IMG/VR virus record: IMGVR_UViG_2788499951_000002
Coordinates: 93,857-157,856 of that record
Reading direction: 5' to 3' (one strand)
DNA from: a virus
Lineage: Duplodnaviria; Caudoviricetes
DNA: 64,000 nucleotides
Positions 29,492 to 39,157 of the stretch are shown piece after piece (position 1 is the stretch's first letter; the number at the start of each line of letters is the position of its first letter). The notes below the pieces were generated by a model. It saw only the letters and a list, made by a program, of their open reading frames with translations. It did no database searches and had not been told where the DNA came from. Position numbers and translations under genes: made by a program.

Positions 29492-30175
29492 TCATAACTC
29501 CTGCAGTGCAGCGACTTCCCGCATGTGTGGGTATTCCTCGGTGACACGGCGTCCGAATGCATCCAGTTCCATCGCCAGAATCTCAACCTCGACCCTTGGG
29601 CAGATACCCCCACTAGCGGGTGGGTATATCCTTAGGCTCTTCACCGTGTCAGACGTTCTGCTGATGAAGAGGTTATTCAGGAAAGCCAGCCAGCGCCGTG
29701 ACCCTGTTTGCTCCTGCCATACCACATCCGACCGTTCTGTGTTTGTGCAGGAAATCCTGACCGTATCAGCATGGTGCATATCATGCATGGTGTCACATGT
29801 GAAGTCAACACCGCGTGTCATGTACCCACCGAAGTCAGAAACCGACTGTAGGACACCATCTGAGGACCACTCAAGCAGTGCGCCACACGGTTGAAGCTCT
29901 CGGGGATGAAGCATCGAGAGATCACCCGTGAGATTGGGGATGTCATTGAATGATGAGTTCAACAGTTCCCGTGTTCTCAGACGAGATAGATGAGCATGGA
30001 TCAGGGACGCAATACAGACTCCCAGCGGGAACAGAGGAGGCAGGACGATATATCCCCACCCACCGAGCCCGAGTATGGAAACAGCTGCAGAGATGCCGAT
30101 TGCCCCGAATATACAGTTCGGAAGACGCTCTCTGACCTCTCGTTTCATCTGAATCACATACGGATGTGTCATCAA
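29492..30175 (-). CDS. membrane protein (2 TM), tag family (ALQEL*)
   Basis: hydrophobic helices at about aa 20-60. Confidence 0.7.
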   Translation of the reverse strand: MMTHPYVIQMKREVRERLPNCIFGAIGISAAVSILGLGGWGYIVLPPLFPLGVCIASLIHAHLSRLRTRELLNSSFNDIPNLTGDLSMLHPRELQPCGALLEWSSDGVLQSVSDFGGYMTRGVDFTCDTMHDMHHADTVRISCTNTERSDVVWQEQTGSRRWLAFLNNLFISRTSDTVKSLRIYPPASGGICPRVEVEILAMELDAFGRRVTEEYPHMREVAALQEL

Positions 30176-30396
30176 TCACTCTCCTTGTCTCTTCGAACCA
30201 GAATGATGTCGAATTCAAGCGACCACACCTTCAGGACGAAAGCCATACCAGAGAAGAACCCTGCAACAAACAGGGCAATGACCCATCCTGATAACATGAA
30301 CATGATCAGGAATACGAGTGCGATGATGAGTCGATATGAAGCAGCAGACGGCTTGATGTGGTACGGGACATTAGGCTTCGGTAATTGCATTGTCAC
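30172..30396 (-). CDS. small membrane protein
   Basis: long hydrophobic stretch. Confidence 0.6.
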   Translation of the reverse strand: MTMQLPKPNVPYHIKPSAASYRLIIALVFLIMFMLSGWVIALFVAGFFSGMAFVLKVWSLEFDIILVRRDKESD

Positions 30397-30450
30397 ACTC
30401 CTGAGATTGGAGGGCCACCCGAGAAAGAGTGGCCCTGATGAGATGATAGA

Positions 30451-31830
30451 TTACCCGAGGAGGATCAGTTCGTCAACCTTCTCAGAAGAGTCGGCCTCGA
30501 ACTTGTCTGTACGCACCTCGATGATGCGAGGGAGGTAGAACTTACCGGCAGCCGTCAGACGGTGGAATCGAACCGCCACGATGGTCCCGACCAGTGCACC
30601 TTGAGAGTGAAGCTCAAACATCTTGGCACGCTGTTCTTCATTCAGGCCAGAACCGATTGAGCCACTGTACTTGCCGTCGGATGTTTCGATGGTCAGGGAA
30701 CCAATGTCCTTGTCCGAACCCTTCATCAGGCGTGCATCAGTGATCACCAGATCGCAGTCAGTCTGGATCTTCACCTTGATCCAATCCTTGGACTTCTTGG
30801 TCACATAGAGGGAATCGAGGTTCTTGATGACCACACCCTCTTCTCCTTCTTGGCGCATGATGCTGAAGTACTCATCAACCTCTTCCTTCGACTCGGCGAT
30901 GATCCCATCAACAGGAATGATCGCACACTTCTCGAAGAAACCGGCATACACGAGGCGCTTCTTCAGCGGTGTTGAGTCGACCCCGATGCGGAGTTGATTG
31001 GCACTGCTGAGGCAGTCGAAGACGTAGAATCGCATGCGTGATTCTTCCTCCTCAGTCAGGTTCCCTTTGAGTGCCTTACTGGCCAGACCATTGGTTGTCT
31101 CACGGGGCAGACGCTTACCATGCTCGTCAAGGAAGATGATCTCACCGTCGAGGGTGAAGCCGTCATACAGCTCACTTGCATAGTAAGAACGGAACTCCTC
31201 AAGGGACGGGATCAGGTTACCGGTCTGCTTCAGTTCTGCACCTGAGGAACTACGGACCTTGACACCGCCGTCTCGGGTACATTCGATCACACCACGATAC
31301 CCATCCATCTTCATCTCGACACGAGCCGGATACTTGATGGAGTCGATGTTGGTTGCATCGTATGCCTTCATGACCTTGAATGTCGGGATCAGATCCTTCC
31401 ATACCTTGTTGATGGTCGAGGCGGTTGCACCGATGAGGAGGTCACGTGCGATTGCACGTTCAAGGAACGCATATTCCTCAGATGTCGCATGAGTCTTCAC
31501 TGCCAGACCCAGAGCCGCAATCGAGGATTTGACCATACCATAGTCAGCCTTCTGCATGCCCAGAGAGATGATGGTACCGGCGATGGCATCAGAGGCATCC
31601 CCAATTTCATCGAACGGGTTGGTATTGGTGATACGCTCTACCACCTCATCATCGAGGACAGACGGGTGCGGGATAGTGCGGATATGGAGATTCACGAACG
31701 GGTCATGAATCACAGAGAGGAACGTCTTGAGTTGGTCATTGGCTGAATACTCGTTCAGAACTACAATCTTGGCCTTCGGACCATTGGCATTACGAACATC
31801 GTTGAGGATGGAGAGGATGGTGGTTGACAT
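30451..31830 (-). CDS. ATP-dependent DNA ligase
   Basis: EMKMDGYR (motif I), LDGEI, FYVFD, EGVVIKN, WIKVK, GSGL, YLPR...RTDK. Confidence 0.95.
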   Translation of the reverse strand: MSTTILSILNDVRNANGPKAKIVVLNEYSANDQLKTFLSVIHDPFVNLHIRTIPHPSVLDDEVVERITNTNPFDEIGDASDAIAGTIISLGMQKADYGMVKSSIAALGLAVKTHATSEEYAFLERAIARDLLIGATASTINKVWKDLIPTFKVMKAYDATNIDSIKYPARVEMKMDGYRGVIECTRDGGVKVRSSSGAELKQTGNLIPSLEEFRSYYASELYDGFTLDGEIIFLDEHGKRLPRETTNGLASKALKGNLTEEEESRMRFYVFDCLSSANQLRIGVDSTPLKKRLVYAGFFEKCAIIPVDGIIAESKEEVDEYFSIMRQEGEEGVVIKNLDSLYVTKKSKDWIKVKIQTDCDLVITDARLMKGSDKDIGSLTIETSDGKYSGSIGSGLNEEQRAKMFELHSQGALVGTIVAVRFHRLTAAGKFYLPRIIEVRTDKFEADSSEKVDELILLG

Positions 31831-31871
31831 GAAAAAGGCTCCGTTGTGCCATGTGGTTGGTTACGGAGCCT

Positions 31872-31900
31872 ATAGTAGGGGTTATGGAATCGATTGTCAA
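31872..31900 (-). promoter_or_regulatory. sigma70 early promoter for ligase operon
   Basis: TTGACA-17 bp-TACTAT. Confidence 0.7.
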
Positions 31901-32085
31901 ATATCTTCTTCGACAATGATCTCACCTTCCTCATGGAGACTCTCAAGCATCAGCTCTAGGTCGATCATGAGGGATTCTTTGCTGCGGACATCTTTGAATC
32001 GAATGCGAACCTCAAACTCGTCATATTCGATATTGCTTACATTACGTGGCATAGTGACACTCCTTGTGTTTCACGCCACTATTTA

Positions 32086-33009
32086 CTACCCGATTTGGAA
32101 CAGCTCCTTGGCCGTCTGTCGTTTCATCGAGGTCGTGTCCCAGCCCATCGCGGACATATAACTGTCGATCTTCTTCTTCGCAGCCTGCCACATCGCCTTA
32201 TCATCAACTGCAATCGTGTCCATGAATGCCGGTAGGTTGTTGATATCAATGGGGAATGCCATGTACTTACCTTTCGGGTGTCTGATATTGAACACACCGA
32301 TCTTGTCCCCTGCTCGGATCTTCTTGTCCATGGGTCCACACATTGAGTTGTAGAGCATGGCCGCCTTCACCTGATACGGGATGTTCTTCACCTTCCCCAT
32401 CGCAAGTGCATCCTCGTACTTCTTCAGACCCTTGCAGGAGATCGGACGTGCGGTGTCTCGGATGTCGTACTCGAGATATCGCTTCCTCATCTTCTGAGTC
32501 TCCTGACGAAGTGTCTCTCGGTCGGCACCATTCAGTGCGGACTTGACCAGTTCTAGCAGGAGTTCTTTCACCGCCTTGGGGACGTCTGACTTCTTGAGTT
32601 CGACACCGGTGATCTTCAACTTGTCACACGGATCGCCTTCATTGTTGATCACATGCATGACATAGCGTTTCTTGGACAAGAACAATGATCTGTCAGACAC
32701 AACCTCTCGGTCAGTCTGGATGATCTGATCACGTTCTTTCGGTGCATTGAATGCGAACCGTACGTATTCAGGGAACAGTGCATTGACTTCCTGACCGATG
32801 GCATCAGCAACATCCACGACCAAGTCCTTGTCCTCGAATTCATCAGGGAAGACACGGGCGAGATTGACAAATGCAGAATCTGTGTCCCCGCCTGTTAAGT
32901 TTTGTAACCATTTCTTCTCATACCGCCATACCCCATCATCGCCCTTGGTCCAGTTCCACACACTGTTCGGGCGTTCTGGGTCATCGAAATCTGGATATCG
33001 TTCACTCAT
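32086..33009 (-). CDS. family B DNA polymerase, C-terminal subunit (palm motif C + thumb)
   Basis: GDTDS, DREV, KKRYV, LKITGVELKKSD.P, PYQVKAA..YN, I..GDKI. Confidence 0.9.
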   Translation of the reverse strand: MSERYPDFDDPERPNSVWNWTKGDDGVWRYEKKWLQNLTGGDTDSAFVNLARVFPDEFEDKDLVVDVADAIGQEVNALFPEYVRFAFNAPKERDQIIQTDREVVSDRSLFLSKKRYVMHVINNEGDPCDKLKITGVELKKSDVPKAVKELLLELVKSALNGADRETLRQETQKMRKRYLEYDIRDTARPISCKGLKKYEDALAMGKVKNIPYQVKAAMLYNSMCGPMDKKIRAGDKIGVFNIRHPKGKYMAFPIDINNLPAFMDTIAVDDKAMWQAAKKKIDSYMSAMGWDTTSMKRQTAKELFQIG

Positions 33010-33099
33010 GTTTGTTTTCTCCTCTTAGGACTGACCATTTATCATCGTACCACACATGAGAAAGGATCCCAACCTCTCGATTGGGATCCTCTGTTGGTG

Positions 33100-33681
33100 T
33101 TACTTCTTTCTGCCATGGAGTGGGTTGAATCCTAGCTCCCTGAGTTGTCTGAATCGAGCGGCAGCGGCGTCCAGAAGGGTATCACAACGCTCATGTCGCG
33201 CAGCGGTCGAAGAACCATTGGCATACGTCTTGGCGATCCACTTACCACTTCGCTTGCAGTATGACACACCACTCAGCCCAATCGCATTATCAGACCTCAG
33301 CCGGACGTTCTTCTGATTATCGGCATAGCTGGCGAGCTGGAGATTGTCCCACCGGTTATTGGTGGGATCCTGATCAATGTGGTCGATCAACTCGGGCGGC
33401 CACTCACCGGTCATCAGAACCCATGCGAGACGGTGAGCCAGCACCTTGCTTTTGACCATCGGAAGGCGGACCTCGATCCGATAGTAATCACGGTTCTTCA
33501 CCTTGCGCTTACCACCCGCCACCGTCCCTGCATATCGCCGGTTGAACTGGTTTGCGCCATTGACTGTCCAGTGCTCACTGACTGTCTTTCGTTTCTTCCA
33601 GATGAGATCACCAGTCTCAGGGTTATAGTCCAGCAACTCTCTGACCTGTTCGACAGGTATTTCGATTCGTTCTTTAGCCAT
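33100..33681 (-). CDS. HNH homing endonuclease with AP2-like domain
   Basis: LDYNPETG, AHRLAW...GEWP...IDHID.D..NNRWDNL, G..GVS. Confidence 0.9.
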   Translation of the reverse strand: MAKERIEIPVEQVRELLDYNPETGDLIWKKRKTVSEHWTVNGANQFNRRYAGTVAGGKRKVKNRDYYRIEVRLPMVKSKVLAHRLAWVLMTGEWPPELIDHIDQDPTNNRWDNLQLASYADNQKNVRLRSDNAIGLSGVSYCKRSGKWIAKTYANGSSTAARHERCDTLLDAAAARFRQLRELGFNPLHGRKK

Positions 33682-33950
33682 GATGTGTCTCCTTTTGTTG
33701 GCTGTTGGTTCACTTTCCTCTCTTAGGACTAACCATCCTACCCGCCGGTCGGACCGATTTCAAGGAGCTGTTCTTCCTTGACGCGCTTGGCCTCTTCCAG
33801 TGTCTTCACATTCATTCTCCTCTTATGCGTTTCTTGGCTTCTTGGGCACGTTTCACGTGGTATGCCCATCTCTCTTTGATGCCTTTCTTGGTGAGTCTTC
33901 CGACACCGGCTCCTCCGACGGTTATCTGTCTCGGGACTCTGAGCTTTCGT

Positions 33951-34523
33951 TTAAAATAGTCGTTCAAACGTTTTACGTAGTTCATTCCGTACCTTCTCCC
34001 CTCGTTGTCGTTTGATTCGTTGCCAACTGTCCTTGATCAGTTGCTTCTCCGGTGTAGTGAGAACTCCTTCATGGTCCATCACTTCAACATCCCCTCCGAC
34101 GCGAACAATGACATTGGTGCGGGTGTCGAGGATATGAGGTTCGTGCCATGGGTGATTATCCTCATGGGATAACGGTGGAGGGTATGCAGTGTCCATCGCC
34201 CGTCGAACGAACGCGGTGTTTGACACTCCCGTCGGATAGAACTCAATCCATCTTCCTTCCTCCTTGAACCCGTCGGTCATTCGTCGCACCGCAGGAGAGA
34301 CATCACTGTTCTCATGCGTCTTGAACGTCTTGACCCACCACCAACGGACCAGAAACAGGAGACCCACAGGTGGACAGATGACGAACTGGATGATTCGGAT
34401 TCGCTTTCGACTGTATGCCTTTGGTTTGGTCAGATAGAGAATCTCAATGTAGATGGCCGATACCGCACCAAAGCCGATTATGAATACCCATGGAAGTTCA
34501 CCCATCATGGTGTTTTTCTCCAT
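33951..34523 (-). CDS. membrane protein, hypothetical
   Basis: two TM segments, CPPVG motif. Confidence 0.6.
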   Translation of the reverse strand: MEKNTMMGELPWVFIIGFGAVSAIYIEILYLTKPKAYSRKRIRIIQFVICPPVGLLFLVRWWWVKTFKTHENSDVSPAVRRMTDGFKEEGRWIEFYPTGVSNTAFVRRAMDTAYPPPLSHEDNHPWHEPHILDTRTNVIVRVGGDVEVMDHEGVLTTPEKQLIKDSWQRIKRQRGEKVRNELRKTFERLF

Positions 34524-34729
34524 TCTGATTTAATGAATATCTTGACCCAGAGCTTGATCGTCAAGAGGAATACCCCTACTGGGGGACATAGTATCGAATA
34601 AAACACCATCAACCGGCCAGTATGAAACCGGTGGGGGTCGTCGTTCTCCACCCAACATGCAATGCACATGGCGATTATCCCGCCACAGATGACCCAGAGT
34701 GTCAAGAACACTACTACATTGAGGTCCAT
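34505..34729 (-). CDS. small membrane protein
   Basis: two TM segments, CPPVG motif. Confidence 0.55.
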   Translation of the reverse strand: MDLNVVVFLTLWVICGGIIAMCIACWVENDDPHRFHTGRLMVFYSILCPPVGVFLLTIKLWVKIFIKSEWRKTP

Positions 34730-34730
34730 A

Positions 34731-35282
34731 TCATTTCTCCTTGATCGGGTCGAACCCGAACAGCTTCAGTTGTTGATTCTTGATCTTGATTGCCTCTTCA
34801 AGGCTGTCGGTTGTTGCAGTCTTCGAGCGCCCTTCATGAGTTGTTCGGACTTCATAGTATCCGCGACTTTCGATCCAACTTACGCCTCTGATACCTGTAC
34901 TGTTGTCGGTTCTCAGTTTGGCGCGATGGTTGAGATCTCCTTGTGTCGCCAACATGAGATTCTCCCACCGATTGTCGGTTCTGTCATCGTTCTTGTGGCA
35001 GATCTTTCCGTCGGGCCATTCTCCTTTCACCACGGTGTAGATCACACGATGAAGAGGGTAGACCTTTCCGTCAGGAAGTGCCACAAGCAGCAAAGGAGCG
35101 TCTGTGTTGGACTTTGCAACACGGCCTGCCTGTTTACCTGCATGACGCGTATTGAAGCGTCTGGCGGCTCTCTGGGTCCAATATGGCGACGTCTCGTCTC
35201 TGGTCTTCCATGTTGCAACGCCAGTGGCGGGATCATAGTCAAACAGGTTCTTCAGTTCGGATGCAGGGAAAGCGTTCTTCAT
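34731..35282 (-). CDS. HNH homing endonuclease with AP2-like domain
   Basis: FDYDPATG, LHRVI...GEWP...HKNDDRTDNRWENL, NSTGIRGVSW. Confidence 0.88.
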   Translation of the reverse strand: MKNAFPASELKNLFDYDPATGVATWKTRDETSPYWTQRAARRFNTRHAGKQAGRVAKSNTDAPLLLVALPDGKVYPLHRVIYTVVKGEWPDGKICHKNDDRTDNRWENLMLATQGDLNHRAKLRTDNSTGIRGVSWIESRGYYEVRTTHEGRSKTATTDSLEEAIKIKNQQLKLFGFDPIKEK

Positions 35283-35298
35283 ATGATGGTTCCTTTCG

Positions 35299-35787
35299 TT
35301 ACAGGGAATTGACTGCTTGGATGAGTGTGACGCTTTTGAGAACCTCACGCAAGTTCATTCTCGGCGCATTGGAGACAGTCCAACAACCACCACATGTGCA
35401 ATTCTCGATATCGTCAAACTGTGTCCCAGCACTGGTCATGTTGGATCGAGATATCTGACAGCCCTGATGATGACCGATATACTCGACCCCGTCAGGTCTT
35501 TCCCACTTGTACTCGAGATAAGTGTCGCGGAGAAGTCGCAGTACTTCATCCGGATATGTTAGAGCTTCGGAAAAGATCGCCGCCATCGCCGTGGTAGAGA
35601 AATCACACAGAACCGTTATCCGGTGTCCTACAACCGAATCGGAGAAATATGAGTGCTCCCCCAGAATCGCCGGATGATCAGGCCCAATGCATTCAGCCAA
35701 CATGTCGAAAACTAACCTGCCCGTCAATGGCAGGAAACTGAGGGAGCTGGTTGGGAACCGTTCCGGAACTCTTCGTGTCGAAATCAT
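35299..35787 (-). CDS. hypothetical, tag family (AVNSL*)
   Basis: ORF in array. Confidence 0.65.
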   Translation of the reverse strand: MISTRRVPERFPTSSLSFLPLTGRLVFDMLAECIGPDHPAILGEHSYFSDSVVGHRITVLCDFSTTAMAAIFSEALTYPDEVLRLLRDTYLEYKWERPDGVEYIGHHQGCQISRSNMTSAGTQFDDIENCTCGGCWTVSNAPRMNLREVLKSVTLIQAVNSL

Positions 35788-36221
35788 AATCTCTCCAGTG
35801 CATTTCTCTCGTCTGCGAGGTTGGCCGCCTCATCAAAGTCCAACAACCCGAACGTCTGTCTGTCCGAGGTGTGCCAATCGTCAGCGGTGGTGACAACCCA
35901 TCCGAACTTCCCTTCACTCTCGTCATACACTGGGAGCGGGAGATAGGTGTTGCCAAGCCACCCCCTGTCAAACTCCAACAGACGCGTGTAGCGGTCCGGT
36001 CGATTCGAGAACGTCCACACACAGAACCCAACGATGCGCGGATCATACTCAGAAAAGCTGACTATGAGGCTACACAGATTGATGCTTCGTTGAGACGTGA
36101 AATCCGGTGGGACGTTCTCATCCGACGTGTTGATCTCCCTCCACATAATGAGTGCGATCTCTCTGTCATGTTGAAGCAAGAGATCCGCATGCGTGAGATC
36201 AGATACAGTTTTCATAATCAC
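35784..36221 (-). CDS. hypothetical, tag family (ALERL*)
   Basis: GGAGG RBS. Confidence 0.7.
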   Translation of the reverse strand: MIMKTVSDLTHADLLLQHDREIALIMWREINTSDENVPPDFTSQRSINLCSLIVSFSEYDPRIVGFCVWTFSNRPDRYTRLLEFDRGWLGNTYLPLPVYDESEGKFGWVVTTADDWHTSDRQTFGLLDFDEAANLADERNALERL

Positions 36222-36224
36222 CTC

Positions 36225-36638
36225 CTATAGTTGTTGGGCTGCAACGATCATGCGCAATTCCTCAAGAGCATCAAGGGCGGAATCAAACACTCTACATCGC
36301 CCAGAGTCGATACATGCCGAGGCCGTTTTCATTCTGGGAAGTTTATACGCTATTGAGAATATGTCTGGTAAATCTCTTGTCCTTGAACATTCCTCAACTG
36401 CCCATGCATGTCTAGGGCCATCAGTCACTGCGTACATGCGTGGGGCACTTTCCAATTTGATGGCATCAACTATGAACTGGATGTCATCGAATGTCAATCT
36501 CCCACTCATGATGAGGTCTTCGATCTCCTTGTGCGCCCCGTAGGAAAAGAAATAGGCGAACGGGAGACCCGTGTTGACTTGTGCGGCAAGTCGAATTTGG
36601 AACGAACTTGGTGGTCTCTGGATCGGTTTCTTGGCCAT
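36225..36638 (-). CDS. hypothetical, near-match to tag (AAQQL*)
   Basis: ORF in array. Confidence 0.65.
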   Translation of the reverse strand: MAKKPIQRPPSSFQIRLAAQVNTGLPFAYFFSYGAHKEIEDLIMSGRLTFDDIQFIVDAIKLESAPRMYAVTDGPRHAWAVEECSRTRDLPDIFSIAYKLPRMKTASACIDSGRCRVFDSALDALEELRMIVAAQQL

Positions 36639-37078
36639 TACATACCCTCCATGGTATTCAGCAGTGAGCACTCTTCGATTGCGGCATCGAGTTCATCGAG
36701 TTCAAACATGATGGCGGTGTCATCATCGACGGGGAATGAGATAGACCATCCAGTCACACGAGAGGTATCTACGGTCCTTCCAGTAATGAGCCTCCCGTGA
36801 TGGTGCATGTCATCCCACGTCATGGAAACACGTGTCTCAATTTCTGGGGTTATGATCCAGCACAACAGAATGGGACGATTCAGGTAATCGGTATCCGTCA
36901 TGGTCATCCAGCGCTGGATGGACGGAGCGAGCGAGGGTGGCAGATCCTCGATGAGTCTCTTTGCATCGGTCCTCATGAAGTAACTATCAATCGTATGGAG
37001 GTGATGCAGGCGGTGAACAACACCGCCATCGAACACGACAAAACTTTCGCGCACGGGTAGGGATGATGGAGAACGCAT
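36638..37078 (-). CDS. hypothetical, near-match to tag (TMEGM*)
   Basis: ORF in array. Confidence 0.65.
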   Translation of the reverse strand: MRSPSSLPVRESFVVFDGGVVHRLHHLHTIDSYFMRTDAKRLIEDLPPSLAPSIQRWMTMTDTDYLNRPILLCWIITPEIETRVSMTWDDMHHHGRLITGRTVDTSRVTGWSISFPVDDDTAIMFELDELDAAIEECSLLNTMEGM

Positions 37079-37088
37079 GTTTGATTCC

Positions 37089-37298
37089 TCAAAGTTCTTC
37101 TAGGGCATCCAGCACTGACTTGGCGTCAGATGCTTCATCCAGACTGTCATGAAGAGATACCAAATCGATGGTCTGGAAACTGATGATCGCGTGTTTGATC
37201 ACGTCCCCATCATTCGCTTCAAACGGGCCAACGAACTTCCATCTCCGGCGACTGTCATGTTCAGAGACATACACCCTAGCGATACCATAGCGTGACAT
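37089..37298 (-). CDS. mini-protein, tag family (ALEEL*)
   Basis: 69 aa, coupled to upstream ORF. Confidence 0.65.
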   Translation of the reverse strand: MSRYGIARVYVSEHDSRRRWKFVGPFEANDGDVIKHAIISFQTIDLVSLHDSLDEASDAKSVLDALEEL

Positions 37299-37732
37299 TA
37301 TAGCACCTCCAAGGCGTTATGAAGTTCGCATTTCCGGCAGGCGTCCTCGAATGACCCCACATGGTGATCGGCAAACTGGTCATTCCATTCGAACGCATCC
37401 GACTCTCCGGTTAGGACCGTTGTCCATCCTATCCACCCACTCTCAGACATCGCAGGACGCGGCAGCAATGTGTCTTGTCCCCTTGACGACTGTCGACGTG
37501 CCGATATCAACTTACGGACACGTGTCTCATCTTTAGCCATCTCAGAGATCACGAAATCAATCAAAAAGGTGGCATACCGAGACATCACCAAAACCATCGT
37601 ACACACTATGTTCTCCTCTTCTTCGGTCAGATCAGATCCCACCTCTGGCCCGTATATCCCTCGGAGGATTTCTTGCTTCACCTCAGCCGCCGTTGAAAGT
37701 TTTCTTCCTCTGATACAGATAGTCATTATCAT
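37298..37732 (-). CDS. hypothetical, tag family (ALEVL*)
   Basis: first gene after promoter 37756-37784. Confidence 0.65.
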   Translation of the reverse strand: MIMTICIRGRKLSTAAEVKQEILRGIYGPEVGSDLTEEEENIVCTMVLVMSRYATFLIDFVISEMAKDETRVRKLISARRQSSRGQDTLLPRPAMSESGWIGWTTVLTGESDAFEWNDQFADHHVGSFEDACRKCELHNALEVL

Positions 37733-37755
37733 TCCCCCGATGTAAGAATACCCAC

Positions 37756-37784
37756 ATCATAACAGACGTGGGCATGAAAGTCAA
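37756..37784 (-). promoter_or_regulatory. sigma70 early promoter
   Basis: TTGACT-17 bp-TATGAT. Confidence 0.7.
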
Positions 37785-38230
37785 AGTTCCCAGATGTGGA
37801 TGTTGTCGGGAAGATACTCGACCATCGGGAGGATTGTTTCACGTGAAACACCTCCCAGACCGACCGCAGGCATAGGGACCGCGAACAGTTGATCCTTGTT
37901 CAGTGTTGCCTCGACGTCCAACATCGCCAGAGAGCATTCGACGAGGTCAAGCGGGGAGGGGTCACGCCAGTGGCGTTTAGTCTGCAGTGCGAAGATCTTG
38001 GTCTCGTTGTCGAAGATCAACAGGAAGTCCTCGCCAGTAGCGGTGAATGTCTTGACCTGTTCAGCCAGACGGGTATCGATCCCACCAAAGGTGTCACGAA
38101 CCACCTTGGCGTTTCCTCCACCCATAACGAGGCATCCATCGTCCATGACGACCGAGTTGGCAGTGAACCCGATGTGATGGTATGTCGCATAGTTCTCTGC
38201 GGTGTAAAGATTGCCTTTCTTGAGAATCAT
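37781..38230 (-). CDS. macrodomain (ADP-ribose binding/hydrolase) protein
   Basis: KGNL, TANS....G.LVMGGG.A, TKRHW..PS.L..V..SL, AVP..AVGLGG. Confidence 0.75.
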   Translation of the reverse strand: MILKKGNLYTAENYATYHHIGFTANSVVMDDGCLVMGGGNAKVVRDTFGGIDTRLAEQVKTFTATGEDFLLIFDNETKIFALQTKRHWRDPSPLDLVECSLAMLDVEATLNKDQLFAVPMPAVGLGGVSRETILPMVEYLPDNIHIWEL

Positions 38231-38584
38231 TTTGTCATTCCTCGATGAGTTGATTGTATGCGTCCAGCCAGTTCTCATACCCTCGGGCATGGGATTCATT
38301 GTTCGCCAACCTGCGTCGAACCGCAGATCCAGCATCCCACATCCCGAGTTCGACCGTTCTCTCTGAGTATACCTTCTTCAGCAGAGAGCGGAAAGAGGTT
38401 TCATCTAGGGTTTCTGTGTGGCTATCCATGCGTCAGTCGCCTCTCGGTGAGTCTCATGTTTCGAGATGATCTTGTATCGAAGGATGCCGTTGGTGTCGGT
38501 CTCCTTGACGGTGATGTCGACCAACAGGAACCAGAACTTGTCATCTTCGGGTACATATCGATCTTCTACCGCGTATATCGCCAT

Positions 38585-38764
38585 TCAGATATCCTCAACC
38601 GCTCGCCACATGACGGCATCTTCTTCCTTGTCGAAGAACTTTTCCTGATCGAATTCTTCCTCGGGACATACCCCAACGTGTAGGTAGATGTGGCGGTTGA
38701 ACGATGCACAGAGCCACCCCCTTCCCTCATAGTACAGTGTAAATGGTGTGTTGATATCCATCAT
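38585..38764 (-). CDS. mini-protein (59 aa, not in ORF track), tag family (AVEDI*)
   Basis: hand translation MMDINTPFTLYYEGRGWL...DAVMWRAVEDI*; ATG overlaps upstream TGA. Confidence 0.6.
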   Translation of the reverse strand: MMDINTPFTLYYEGRGWLCASFNRHIYLHVGVCPEEEFDQEKFFDKEEDAVMWRAVEDI

Positions 38765-38991
38765 AGCTCCTCCAGAGCCACCCAGTTTCGGAACTCAACA
38801 ACCGCTGGACCCGTCTTGGTTGAGGAGCACCGGTGAACCGTTTCCCATACCATGTTCCGCAATGCACTCACCGAGTTATTTGCCAGTTGCTCAACCAAGA
38901 AGAGACCTCCCCACTCGACCAAGCGATAGTCACCTTCGTGAGCGATGACATTCGGGATCATATTGCGACGTCCTTTAGGGGCACTCATCAT
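38761..38991 (-). CDS. mini-protein, tag family (ALEEL*)
   Basis: ORF in array. Confidence 0.6.
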   Translation of the reverse strand: MMSAPKGRRNMIPNVIAHEGDYRLVEWGGLFLVEQLANNSVSALRNMVWETVHRCSSTKTGPAVVEFRNWVALEEL

Positions 38992-39155
38992 AATCGCTCC
39001 AATGCGTTGAGTTCATCTCTGAGTTTTTCAGCGGCTTCTTTCGTTAGGAGGGTCATGTGGACCTCCGCGATCCCGTCTGTGTGCTTGAGGATAGCCCAGT
39101 ACGAGTTGCGATGCGTTCGGTCCCCAGACATCTCAACCACGGCGTAATACACCAT
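38988..39155 (-). CDS. mini-protein (55 aa, not in ORF track), tag family (ALERL*)
   Basis: hand translation MVYYAVVEMSG...EAAEKLRDELNALERL*. Confidence 0.6.
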   Translation of the reverse strand: MVYYAVVEMSGDRTHRNSYWAILKHTDGIAEVHMTLLTKEAAEKLRDELNALERL

Positions 39156-39157
39156 GA

